Shown in pieces: positions 54,494 to 63,040 of a DNA stretch of 64,000 bases. The DNA is from Thermodesulfobacteriota bacterium (GTDB lineage: Bacteria; Desulfobacterota; Deferrimicrobia; Deferrimicrobiales; Deferrimicrobiaceae): NCBI GenBank assembly GCA_040758155.1, contig JBFLWB010000144.1, positions 5,481-69,480 on the forward strand, written 5' to 3'. A model generated the notes under the pieces. That model had not been told where the DNA came from. It made no database searches and was given only the letters and a program-made list of their open reading frames with translations. Position 1 is the first letter of the stretch; the number at the start of each line of letters is the position of its first letter. The position numbers and the translations under genes were made by a program.

Positions 54494-54505
54494 AAGAGGG
54501 CGGGG

Positions 54506-55429
54506 ATGGAGCTCCTCGAGACGATCTTCAATCCCTACTGGATCATGATCTTCCAGCATGCGTGCATCGTCGCGGTCTCCGCGCTGGGGCTGAACGTCGT
54601 CTTCGGCTACGCGGGGCTGTTCTCCCTCGGGCACGCGGCGTTCTACGGGGTGGGGGCCTATACGGCGGCGCTGCTGATGAAGACGTTCGCAGGGACGTAC
54701 GCGGACGCGGGATTCCTTGCTTCGCAGGCGGCGTTTCTCGGGTCGCTGCTTGCGGGAGGGGTGGCCGCGGGGCTGTTGGCCGCGCTTGTCGGGCTGCCGG
54801 TGCTGCGGCTGACCTCGGACTACCTCGGCGTCGCCACGCTGGGGCTCGGGGTGATCGTGAAGGTGCTGTTCGACAACGCCGACGCGTTCCTCCCCCAGCT
54901 CGGCGGCGCGAGGGGGATGACCGGGATCCCCCGGATGACCACGGTGCCCTGGGCCGTCCTCTCCCTGGCCGCGGCGGTGCTGGTGGTCCGGAACGTCGTG
55001 CATTCGACGTACGGGAGGGTCCTCGTCGCGATCCGCGAGGACGAGGTCGCGGCCGGCGCCATGGGGATCGACACGTTCCGCTGCAAGGTGGCCGGTTTCG
55101 CCCTCGGGTGCGCCTTCGCGGGGGTCGCCGGCGGCCTGTACGCCCATCTGTACATCTTCCTCCACCCGAGCAGCTTCGACTTCTTCAAGTCGTTCGACGT
55201 GCTGATGATCGTCGTGCTGGGAGGGCTGGGGAGCATGACGGGGACCCTGGCCGCCTCGTTCGGGTGGGTCTTCCTGCTGGAAGCGCTCCGTGTGTTCCTC
55301 CCCCCGGAATACCTGGAGTTCCGGTGGGTGCTGATCCCGGTGCTGCTGGTCGTCACGATGCTCCTGCGGCCGCAGGGGCTGCTCGGGGAGCGGGAGCTGC
55401 CGTTCCTGCGGAGCCGGGCGGGCCGATGA
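54506..55429 (+). CDS. livM: Branched-chain amino acid ABC permease (LivM family)
   Basis: LivM-type permease with the GYAGLFSLGHAAFYGVGAY motif. Confidence 0.85.
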   Translation: MELLETIFNPYWIMIFQHACIVAVSALGLNVVFGYAGLFSLGHAAFYGVGAYTAALLMKTFAGTYADAGFLASQAAFLGSLLAGGVAAGLLAALVGLPVLRLTSDYLGVATLGLGVIVKVLFDNADAFLPQLGGARGMTGIPRMTTVPWAVLSLAAAVLVVRNVVHSTYGRVLVAIREDEVAAGAMGIDTFRCKVAGFALGCAFAGVAGGLYAHLYIFLHPSSFDFFKSFDVLMIVVLGGLGSMTGTLAASFGWVFLLEALRVFLPPEYLEFRWVLIPVLLVVTMLLRPQGLLGERELPFLRSRAGR

Positions 55430-56211
55430 TGCTCGATGTGGCCGGGATCGTGAAGCACTTCGGAGGGGTCAAGGCGGTGGACGGTGTGGACTTCCGGCTG
55501 GCGGAGGGGGAGCTGATCGGCATCATCGGGCCCAACGGGTCCGGGAAGACCACCCTCTTCAACGTGATCACGGGGATCTACCGGCCCGACAGCGGGTCCG
55601 TGAAGATGGAGGGGGAGGAGATCGCCGGGCTGCCGCCCCACAGGATCACCCGGATGGGGATCGCGCGGACGTTCCAGAACATCCGGCTCTTCCGGAACCT
55701 GACGGTCGCGGACAATGTGCGGATCGCCCACCACCCGCACATCCGGTACGGCGCGGGCGATGCCGTATTCCGGACCGGGGCCTTCTACCGGGAGGAGCGG
55801 CGGCTGCGGGAGGAGGTCGACGGATTCCTGTCGCTGTTCTCGCTCCAGGACCGGCGGGGAGAGCTCGCGAAGAACCTGTCGTACGGCGACCAGAGGAAGC
55901 TGGAGATCGCAAGGGCCCTCGCATCGTGTCCGAAGCTGCTTCTGCTCGACGAGCCGGCCGCCGGCATGAACCCGTCCGAGGTCGGGAAGCTGATGGAGTT
56001 CATCTTGGGCATCCGGGAGCGCTTTTCCCTTACCGTCCTTCTCATCGAGCACCAGATGCGGCTGGTGATGGGGATCTGCCAGCGGCTGATCGTGCTGGAC
56101 TTCGGCCAGGTGATCGCGCGGGGGATCCCTTCGGAGATCCGGAAGGACCCGCTGGTCGTCGAGGCGTACCTCGGGAAGAGCGTCCCCGCGTGGGACGAGA
56201 GCCAGGGATAG
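55426..56211 (+). CDS. livG: Branched-chain amino acid ABC ATP-binding protein (LivG family)
   Basis: Walker A GPNGSGKTT, the signature LSYGDQRKLEIARAL and Walker B LLLLDEPAAG. The ATG overlaps the livM stop. Confidence 0.9.
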   Translation: MMLDVAGIVKHFGGVKAVDGVDFRLAEGELIGIIGPNGSGKTTLFNVITGIYRPDSGSVKMEGEEIAGLPPHRITRMGIARTFQNIRLFRNLTVADNVRIAHHPHIRYGAGDAVFRTGAFYREERRLREEVDGFLSLFSLQDRRGELAKNLSYGDQRKLEIARALASCPKLLLLDEPAAGMNPSEVGKLMEFILGIRERFSLTVLLIEHQMRLVMGICQRLIVLDFGQVIARGIPSEIRKDPLVVEAYLGKSVPAWDESQG

Positions 56212-56215
56212 GACA

Positions 56216-56932
56216 TTGCTCCTGAGAGTCAACAACCTGAGCGTGTATTACGGCTCGATCCAGGCGCTGCGGGGGATCTCCTTCACGGTACGGAAGGGGG
56301 AGATCGTCTCCCTGATCGGGGCGAACGGCGCGGGGAAGAGCACGACGCTGCGGACGATCTCGGGGATCCTGCGCCCCGCCTCCGGGAGCATCCTCCACGA
56401 GGGGAAGAGCATTGCGGGGCTTCCGCCGCACCGGATCGCCCGCATGGGACTTGCGCATGTCCCCGAGGGGCGGGGGGTGTTCGCGAACATGAGCGTCCTC
56501 GAGAACCTCGAGATGGGAGCGTACGCCCGGACTTCGAAAAAGGAATCGCAGGAGACGCTGGAGCGCGTCCACGCGCTGTTTCCCCGGCTGCGGGAGCGGT
56601 CCGGGCAGGCCGCGGGAACCCTGTCGGGCGGGGAGCAGCAGATGCTGGCGATCGGACGGGCGCTGATGCAGCGGCCGGACCTGCTCCTCCTCGACGAGCC
56701 GTCGATGGGGCTGTCCCCTCTGCTCGTGCGCGAGATCTTCGAGCTGATCCGCGGCATCAACCGGTCCGGAACGACGATCCTCCTTGTGGAGCAGAACGCG
56801 AGCATGGCCCTTTCCGTCGCGCACCGGGCGTACGTCCTCGAGACGGGGGAGATCACCTTGGAGGGGAAGGCCTCCGACCTTCGCGAGAACCCCGCGGTGC
56901 GCGCCGCCTACCTGGGGGAAGGGACGGGGTGA
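56216..56932 (+). CDS. livF: Branched-chain amino acid ABC ATP-binding protein (LivF family)
   Basis: Walker A GANGAGKST and the signature LSGGEQQMLAIGRAL. Probable TTG start. Confidence 0.85.
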   Translation: MLLRVNNLSVYYGSIQALRGISFTVRKGEIVSLIGANGAGKSTTLRTISGILRPASGSILHEGKSIAGLPPHRIARMGLAHVPEGRGVFANMSVLENLEMGAYARTSKKESQETLERVHALFPRLRERSGQAAGTLSGGEQQMLAIGRALMQRPDLLLLDEPSMGLSPLLVREIFELIRGINRSGTTILLVEQNASMALSVAHRAYVLETGEITLEGKASDLRENPAVRAAYLGEGTG

Positions 56933-56948
56933 CGCGGTGATCCGCATA

Positions 56949-57000
56949 TTGACCCCGTGCGCGAATCCTGTATAGGATGTAGCGAATATTGTTATATAGT
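56949..57000 (+). promoter_or_regulatory. Candidate sigma-70 promoter(s) for the csp gene, with a long (about 165 nt) 5' UTR
   Basis: TTGACC-16 nt-TATAGG and an extended -10-like TGtTATATAGT sit in an AT-rich island. The downstream UTR contains the 16-bp perfect palindrome CGCGGCGCGCGCCGCG (57015..57030). Confidence 0.3.
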
Positions 57001-57169
57001 CTGGCAACAAATGGCGCGGCGCGCGCCGCGGTGGACGTGACGAGGATAGGTGCACCGGTCGCTCGGCCCGCCCCGTCGAAAAACGCCACGAAGGAATCCT
57101 CAACACGCGGGGGCTGCTGACCCCGTACAGCCACGGATGACCCATGGGGCATCGGAAGGAGCATCAGGA

Positions 57170-57370
57170 ATGGCGACTGGCACGGTGAAATGGTTCAACG
57201 ACGCGAAGGGCTTCGGCTTCATCACGGAAGAAGGCGGCGAGGACATCTTCGTCCACTTCAGCGAAATCAAGGGCGACGGATTCCGCACCCTCGCGGAAGG
57301 CCAGCGGGTGGAGTTCGACGTCACGACGGGCCCCAAGGGAAAGAAGGCGGCCAACGTCCGGAAGACCTGA
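57170..57370 (+). CDS. Cold-shock protein (CspA family)
   Basis: [16 protein letters not shown] (RNP1) and DIFVHFS (RNP2) over a 66-aa protein. Confidence 0.95.
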   Translation: MATGTVKWFNDAKGFGFITEEGGEDIFVHFSEIKGDGFRTLAEGQRVEFDVTTGPKGKKAANVRKT

Positions 57371-57439
57371 TCCCCTGAGAAGAACCCGCCCCGGCCCGCT
57401 TCGCGGGCCGGGAGCCGGGGCATCGCGGGAGCGCAACCC

Positions 57440-58558
57440 ATGCGGATAGGAATCCCGCGGGAAACGAAGTCGGGGGAGAACCGCGTCGCGCTGACCCCGG
57501 AAGGGGCCCGGGAGCTCGTCGCCGCGGGAGCCGATGTAATCGTGGAGTCCGGCGCGGGGGCCGCGAGCGGTTTTCCGGACGAGGCGTACCGGGAAGCCGG
57601 CGCGAAGACCGCCGCGGCGGAAGAGGCGTGGGCGTCGGACCTGGTGGTCAAGGTCAAGGAGCCGGTTTCCCCGGAGTTCCGTTTCCTCTCGAAATCCTCC
57701 GTCCTGTTCACCTACCTTCATCTCGCCGCCGCCCCGGCGCTCACGGAAGAGCTGTTGAAGCGCCGGGTCACCGCCGTCGGCTACGAGACTGTGACGAGCG
57801 ACGAGGGGGGGCTGCCGCTCCTTCGCCCGATGAGCGAGGTCGCCGGCATCCTGTCCGTCCAGGCCGGGGCGCGGGGGCTGGAAAGGGTTTGCGGGGGACG
57901 GGGGGTGCTTCTCCCGCCTGTGTGGGGAAATCCTCCGGGCGACGTGGTGGTCCTGGGAGCCGGAGTCGCGGGGCGCGCGGCGGCGCGCATCGCGGCGGGG
58001 ATCGAGGCGAACGTGACGGTGTTCGACCTGAGCGGCGAGAAGCTGCTTCTGGCGAAGAGGGAGTGCGGAGAGCGGGTCCGGACGGTCCTGTCCACGAAGG
58101 AGGCGGTCGCGGATGCGCTCCGGGAAGCGGATCTTGTGATCTCGGCTGTCCTCGTGGCGGGGGAACGCGCCCCGCGGATGATCACGCGGGAGGCGCTGCG
58201 GACGATGCGCCCCGGCGCTGTCGTCGTCGATATCTCCATCGACCAGGGAGGGGCCTTCGAGACGTCCCGCCCCACAACCCACGACGATCCTTATTACGTG
58301 GAGGAAGGGGTCGTCCACTACTGCGTGACCAACATGCCAGCCGCGGTCCCGCGCACCTCCACACTCGCGCTGACCGCCTCCACGCTGCCGTACCTCGTGT
58401 CCATCGCGCGGCTGGCAGTTGCCGGGGCGATGCGTTCGGATCCCGGGCTGATGGAAGGGCTGAACACCTACGACGGGCACGTGACCTGCCCCGGAGTCGC
58501 CAAGGCGTTCGGGAAACCGTACGTCCCGCCGTCCATGGCACTCGGGGGACATTCTTAG
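57440..58558 (+). CDS. ald: Alanine dehydrogenase
   Basis: MRIGIPRETKSGENRVALTP and the NAD Rossmann motif VVVLGAGVAGRAAARIA. Confidence 0.9.
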   Translation: MRIGIPRETKSGENRVALTPEGARELVAAGADVIVESGAGAASGFPDEAYREAGAKTAAAEEAWASDLVVKVKEPVSPEFRFLSKSSVLFTYLHLAAAPALTEELLKRRVTAVGYETVTSDEGGLPLLRPMSEVAGILSVQAGARGLERVCGGRGVLLPPVWGNPPGDVVVLGAGVAGRAAARIAAGIEANVTVFDLSGEKLLLAKRECGERVRTVLSTKEAVADALREADLVISAVLVAGERAPRMITREALRTMRPGAVVVDISIDQGGAFETSRPTTHDDPYYVEEGVVHYCVTNMPAAVPRTSTLALTASTLPYLVSIARLAVAGAMRSDPGLMEGLNTYDGHVTCPGVAKAFGKPYVPPSMALGGHS

Positions 58559-58578
58559 CTTCAAACACGAGCGAAGGG

Positions 58579-59187
58579 TTAAGAGTGTCCCCCCCCACCG
58601 AGCAGGGCCAGCGCGAGGCGCTCGACCTGGGCGCGCGTCTCTTCCAGACCCCCCGAGTTGTCGATCACGTAATCCGAGCGGCCCGCCTTGTCTCCCGCAT
58701 CCATCTGGGCGCGGATCCGCGCCAGCGCCTGTTCCCTGGAGATCCCGTCCCTGGCCATCGCCCGGCGGAGCTGCTCCTCCTCTCCGCAACGGACGGAGAT
58801 CACCGCGTCGAACAGCCCCTTTCCGCCCGATTCGTGGATCAGGGCCGCCTCCACGACGACGGCGCGGCAACCCTGACGGGAGAGACCTTCGAGCGTTTCC
58901 TTCATCGACGCGAGAATGGCGGGGTGGGTGATCTCTTCCAGCCGCGCGCGGCGGGCGGGGTCCGCGAATACGATGTCCGCCAGTTTCCCGCGGTCGATCG
59001 TACCGTCCGGCCGCACGATCCCCGGGCCGAATTCCCGGACGACGGGGGAATGGGCGGAGCCGCCGGGGTCCGTCACCTCCCGGGAGATCCGGTCGGCGTC
59101 GATAACCGGGATTCCCGCATGGCGGAACATTTCCGCCACCGTGCTTTTTCCCGAACCGAAGTTCCCCGTGAGCCCGAAGACGCGCAT
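58579..59187 (-). CDS. coaE: Dephospho-CoA kinase (CoaE)
   Basis: P-loop GLTGNFGSGKST and a length of about 200 aa, taking the internal Met start. Confidence 0.8.
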   Translation of the reverse strand: MRVFGLTGNFGSGKSTVAEMFRHAGIPVIDADRISREVTDPGGSAHSPVVREFGPGIVRPDGTIDRGKLADIVFADPARRARLEEITHPAILASMKETLEGLSRQGCRAVVVEAALIHESGGKGLFDAVISVRCGEEEQLRRAMARDGISREQALARIRAQMDAGDKAGRSDYVIDNSGGLEETRAQVERLALALLGGGGHS

Positions 59188-59296
59188 GGCGCGGATTATA
59201 GCATCCGCGGCGTCGTTGACATCGCCCGAGGTCCGGTGTACGGTCGTCTCCATTGAACGACGATTCATTCCTCATGGGGAGGAGCGAGGAGGAGAC

Positions 59297-59617
59297 ATGC
59301 CCGATTTGACGGTGAAAGGATTCTTCGAAGGGCTGGAGGCGAAGTTAGCGGAAAAATCGTCGCTGCTCGCCGGGATGAATTGCGTGTATCAGTTCAATGT
59401 TGGGGAATCCGCCTACAACATCACGATGAAGGACGGAAAGGCCTCCGTGGCGGAAGGCCAGACAGCTTCCCCCAATTGCACGGTGACGGTCGCGGAAAAC
59501 GATTTCCTGGACATGGTCGCCGGAAAACTGGATGGACAGATGGCCTTCCTTACCGGCAAACTGAAGGTTGCCGGCGACATGGGCCTGGCGCTGAAGCTGG
59601 GGTCGTTCATCGGCTGA
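59297..59617 (+). CDS. SCP2 sterol-carrier-like domain protein
   Basis: A 106-aa protein with the SCP2 pattern (FLTGKLKVAGDMGLALKL). A GGAGG ribosome-binding site lies 6 nt upstream. Confidence 0.75.
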   Translation: MPDLTVKGFFEGLEAKLAEKSSLLAGMNCVYQFNVGESAYNITMKDGKASVAEGQTASPNCTVTVAENDFLDMVAGKLDGQMAFLTGKLKVAGDMGLALKLGSFIG

Positions 59618-59638
59618 TCCGGCATCCGGGAGGGGGGC

Positions 59639-60418
59639 TTGGCCGGGGTCGACCCGTTCGCGAAAGTGGCGCGTCTCCTGGTCGAGCGGGGCAACGCCGT
59701 GGCCCTCACCGGCGCGGGGATCTCGGTGGAAAGCGGCATCCCTGCGTTCCGCGGCTCCCAGGGGCTTTGGGAAAAATACGCCCCGATGGAGTACGCCTCC
59801 ATCGGGGCGTTCCTTCGTCATCCTGAGAAATCCTGGAAGATGCTGGCGGAGCTTTTGGCCCTCTGCGGCGGCGCGGCGCCCAACCCCGCGCATTTCGGGC
59901 TGGCGCGGCTCGAAGAGATGGGGCTGCTGCGCGCCGTCATTACCCAGAACGTCGATCGCCTACACCAGGCGGCGGGTTCCCGGAGGGTCATCGAGTACCA
60001 CGGGAACCTGGAGGAGCTGGTCTGCGTCTCCTGCTGGAGGAGCTACGCCACGAAGGACCGCTGGGAGGACGGCGGAGCGCCGCCCCGGTGCGACTGCGGG
60101 GAGGCCCTCAAGCCCAACATCGTCCTGTTCGGGGAGCCCATCCCGTGGATCGCGCAGGAGCGCGCCGAGGAGGAGGCGAGGACGTGCGGCATGCTCCTGG
60201 TCATCGGCACCTCCGCGCAGGTCGCGCCGGCATGCGACATCCCGCGGATCGCGAAGGAGTCGGGGGCGGTCGTGGTGGAGGTCAACCCGGTGGAGACGCA
60301 CCTGACCGCCGCGGTGACGGACATCCGCATTTCAGGTACGGCGTCCGGCGTCGTCGAAGGGCTCCTTGCGACGATTGCCGGGATGCGGGACGAGGCCGAA
60401 TCGTCTCTCCGGGATTAA
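59639..60418 (+). CDS. cobB: NAD-dependent protein deacylase (Sir2/CobB sirtuin)
   Basis: GAGISVESGIPAFRG, QNVDRLH and a Zn ribbon (CVSC ... CDCG). Confidence 0.85.
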   Translation: MAGVDPFAKVARLLVERGNAVALTGAGISVESGIPAFRGSQGLWEKYAPMEYASIGAFLRHPEKSWKMLAELLALCGGAAPNPAHFGLARLEEMGLLRAVITQNVDRLHQAAGSRRVIEYHGNLEELVCVSCWRSYATKDRWEDGGAPPRCDCGEALKPNIVLFGEPIPWIAQERAEEEARTCGMLLVIGTSAQVAPACDIPRIAKESGAVVVEVNPVETHLTAAVTDIRISGTASGVVEGLLATIAGMRDEAESSLRD

Positions 60419-60512
60419 ATCTTTTAATCCTTCGTTCATTTTTTTCCATCGGAGATGGGTGTTCCCTGCCTGCCACGCTCCAGGAAAACGGCATGTTACA
60501 GCGTTTTTCCTG

Positions 60513-60530
60513 TCGGCACGCCTCCTGCTT
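60513..60530 (+). promoter_or_regulatory. Candidate sigma-54 (-24/-12) promoter upstream of the minor-pilin operon
   Basis: cGGCACGcctccTGCt has GG and GC spaced as in the TGGCAC-N5-TTGC consensus, about 30 nt upstream of the fimT-like ATG. Confidence 0.35.
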
Positions 60531-60557
60531 GCATAGCTCGCCAGGGAGGATCTCGGA

Positions 60558-61091
60558 ATGGGGAACCGTAACGGATTCACGCTGGTGGAAATCTTTATCG
60601 CTTTGGCGATCGTAGCGATCATGATCGTCATCGCCTCGTCGAACCTGTTCGCCTGGCTGGGGCATGCCTCGGCCGTCGACTTCCAGCGGGAGGTCCTTGC
60701 CAGGAGCAACGAGGCGAGGACCCGCGCCATGGCCTCGAATCTCCAGCACCGCATGGTGATCGACCTGGGACAGGAAACCGTGGCGCTCGAGAGGGGAAAC
60801 CTGGGAGCAGCGTCCACCGGCTGGACCCCCATCGGGAACGGAATCGCGGGGACCCGGGGCGCGGGAGTCCAGGAAATCATCGTGGACGGCGGAGCCCCCG
60901 TGACGGCGAACATCCATTCCTTCCTTTACAACCCGGGCGGCCAGGTGATGTACATGGACAACTCCGCCGCGATCCTTCCCGTGACGCAGGCGCTGATCCA
61001 CCTGACATCGGAAAACCCTGTGGACCGATCCACGATTCGCATCTTCGGCTGGACCTCGAAAGCGAGGCTTGAGAATGACTGGACCAACTAG
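60558..61091 (+). CDS. Type IV minor pilin / pseudopilin (FimT/GspH-like) with a prepilin N-methylation motif
   Basis: N-terminal GFTLVEIFIALAIVAI prepilin-peptidase cleavage/methylation motif. Confidence 0.8.
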   Translation: MGNRNGFTLVEIFIALAIVAIMIVIASSNLFAWLGHASAVDFQREVLARSNEARTRAMASNLQHRMVIDLGQETVALERGNLGAASTGWTPIGNGIAGTRGAGVQEIIVDGGAPVTANIHSFLYNPGGQVMYMDNSAAILPVTQALIHLTSENPVDRSTIRIFGWTSKARLENDWTN

Positions 61092-61536
61092 GCTTTCCCG
61101 GGACGAGGGGTTCTCCCTGCTCGAGGTGCTCATCTCCCTCGTGATCCTCGCGGTGGGGCTGCTGGCTCTGGCGCTGTTCCAGGTCACCGCGATCAAGGGG
61201 AACGCGATCGCCTCGCGGTGGACCGTCGCCACCCAGTTGACGCAGGACCGCCTGGAATCGTTCCGGCACGGCCCGTGGGACAATGTCGTCTCCTCGAACG
61301 CCGCGGGATTCAGCACCGCCACCATGCAGCCGATCTACGCGAACCTTCCCGCGAGCTCGGGGGACAACGTCGTCGTTCCCGGCGCGCAGCACCAGTATTT
61401 CCGCGTCTGGTGCGTGACCACGGACAACACCGCGACGCTGAGGACCATCACCGTATGGACCTGCTGGCAGGACGACCAGGGGACCTGGCACAACGTGATG
61501 CTGACGACGCAGCGCGCGAACCTGGGGGGGATCTGA
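61069..61536 (+). CDS. pilV: Type IV pilus minor pilin PilV
   Basis: GFSLLEVLISLVIL N-terminus in operon position two, with an overlapping start. Confidence 0.75.
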   Translation: MRMTGPTRLSRDEGFSLLEVLISLVILAVGLLALALFQVTAIKGNAIASRWTVATQLTQDRLESFRHGPWDNVVSSNAAGFSTATMQPIYANLPASSGDNVVVPGAQHQYFRVWCVTTDNTATLRTITVWTCWQDDQGTWHNVMLTTQRANLGGI

Positions 61537-61538
61537 CG

Positions 61539-62591
61539 ATGATGGCGGATTGCCGGTACGGGAGGCGCTCCCCCCGCGGAAATCCCGAGGCGGGATTCAC
61601 CCTCATCGAGGTAATGGCCGCGCTGGCGATCCTGGGCATCGCCATGACGGCGGTGTTCTCGACGTTCATATCCCAGCAGCAGTCATTCACCACCCAGAGC
61701 CGCGTGGCGGAGATGCAGCAGAACCTGCGGCTGGCCGTGGACTGCATGACCCGGGACATCCGGATGGCGGGATACGGTATGCCGATGAGCACCAACACCG
61801 CCAGCGACAACGTCGCCCTGCCCGCCGGAGTCCTTCCCGGCGGCATCACGGCCATCCGGGCGATCTTCCCGGTCGACAACAACGCCGGGCCCGACCAGAT
61901 CTACATCCTGTACCGGTACGACATGGACCTGGAACGGTACGACACCGTCAATAACCTGCTTCTGCCGCCGCCCGAGCTGCAGTCGATGGCCGCCGACCGG
62001 TCGTTCGTCACCGTCGACAACAGCTTCGGGTTCCTTGCCGGAGGAGGGGAGCACGCGCTCGTCACCGACGGCGCGACCGCCGACCTGTTCCAGAGCACGA
62101 GCGTCGTCGGGGCGACGGTGAATTTCGCAGGGGGGGGCTACAACGGGGCCCATCACACGAAGGTATACGTTGCCGGCGCGACCCCGGGCTTTCCCCCGTC
62201 CGTCGTGTCCAAGGCCCGGTTCGTGAGGTATTTCATCGACAATTCCGATCCGGCCCGGCCGACGCTGATGCTCGACCGTATGATTCCGGGGCAAGCCCCC
62301 CAGCCCGTGGCCGACGACATCGAGGACATGCAGTTCACCTACGGGCTCGACACGAACGCCGACGGGAACATCGACGCCTTCCGGTGCGACTCGGGCGGGA
62401 CCGTCATCACGGCCGCCGAGGTCACCAGGATCCGGCAGGTGCGGATGCATCTCATCGCGAGGTCCCGTCTGCCGGAGGGGGGCATGATCGGAACGCGCCC
62501 CGCGCTCGCGAACCGGCCCGCGGGGGGGACGGACGGCTACCGAAGGAGGATCATCGAAGTGAATATCGACGCACGGAATTCCGGAACATGA
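61539..62591 (+). CDS. pilW: Type IV pilus assembly protein PilW
   Basis: GFTLIEVMAALAILGIAMTAVFSTFISQQ prepilin N-terminus on a protein of about 350 aa. Confidence 0.75.
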   Translation: MMADCRYGRRSPRGNPEAGFTLIEVMAALAILGIAMTAVFSTFISQQQSFTTQSRVAEMQQNLRLAVDCMTRDIRMAGYGMPMSTNTASDNVALPAGVLPGGITAIRAIFPVDNNAGPDQIYILYRYDMDLERYDTVNNLLLPPPELQSMAADRSFVTVDNSFGFLAGGGEHALVTDGATADLFQSTSVVGATVNFAGGGYNGAHHTKVYVAGATPGFPPSVVSKARFVRYFIDNSDPARPTLMLDRMIPGQAPQPVADDIEDMQFTYGLDTNADGNIDAFRCDSGGTVITAAEVTRIRQVRMHLIARSRLPEGGMIGTRPALANRPAGGTDGYRRRIIEVNIDARNSGT

Positions 62592-63022
62592 CGTCGCCGC
62601 GGGGATCCTTCATGGACGAACGGGGAAGCGCGCTCGTGGTGACGCTGATGCTCCTGGTGATCCTGACCGCCATCGGCATCTACGCCATCAGCATATCGAC
62701 GACCGAGATGGGCATCGCGCTGCAGTCGCGGGTGGGGACGGGGGCGCTCAACTCCGCCGACGCCGGGGCCAATTACGGGATGAACAGGGTTCCCGAGGTT
62801 CTGCTGTTCGAGGAATCGTTGGGCCTTCCCGACGGATCCCTGTACCGGGTCACCTCGAGAACGACCGGCGTGATGACCCTTCGGGCGGGGTACGGATCGA
62901 ATTTCCGGTTCGCGGATTTCGAAGTGACGAGCCGGGGGGAGCCGCCTCCGCAGTTCACGGGTTCGCGCAGCGTGCAGGCCGTGGTGGATTTCGGCCCCGT
63001 GCCTACGGGCACGATGTATTAG
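62588..63022 (+). CDS. pilX: Type IV pilus minor pilin PilX
   Basis: ERGSALVVTLMLLVILTAIG PilX-type N-terminus. The start may be the internal Met at 62612. Confidence 0.7.
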   Translation: MTSPRGSFMDERGSALVVTLMLLVILTAIGIYAISISTTEMGIALQSRVGTGALNSADAGANYGMNRVPEVLLFEESLGLPDGSLYRVTSRTTGVMTLRAGYGSNFRFADFEVTSRGEPPPQFTGSRSVQAVVDFGPVPTGTMY

Positions 63023-63040
63023 GCGGAAGGAGATACGGAG

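Noticed and set aside
52351-56211. 1286-aa plus-strand ORF spanning the liv operon
   Set aside because: Only its last 262 codons (LivG, from 55426) are real. The rest is an alternative frame over livJ/H/M with RG-rich nonsense translation.
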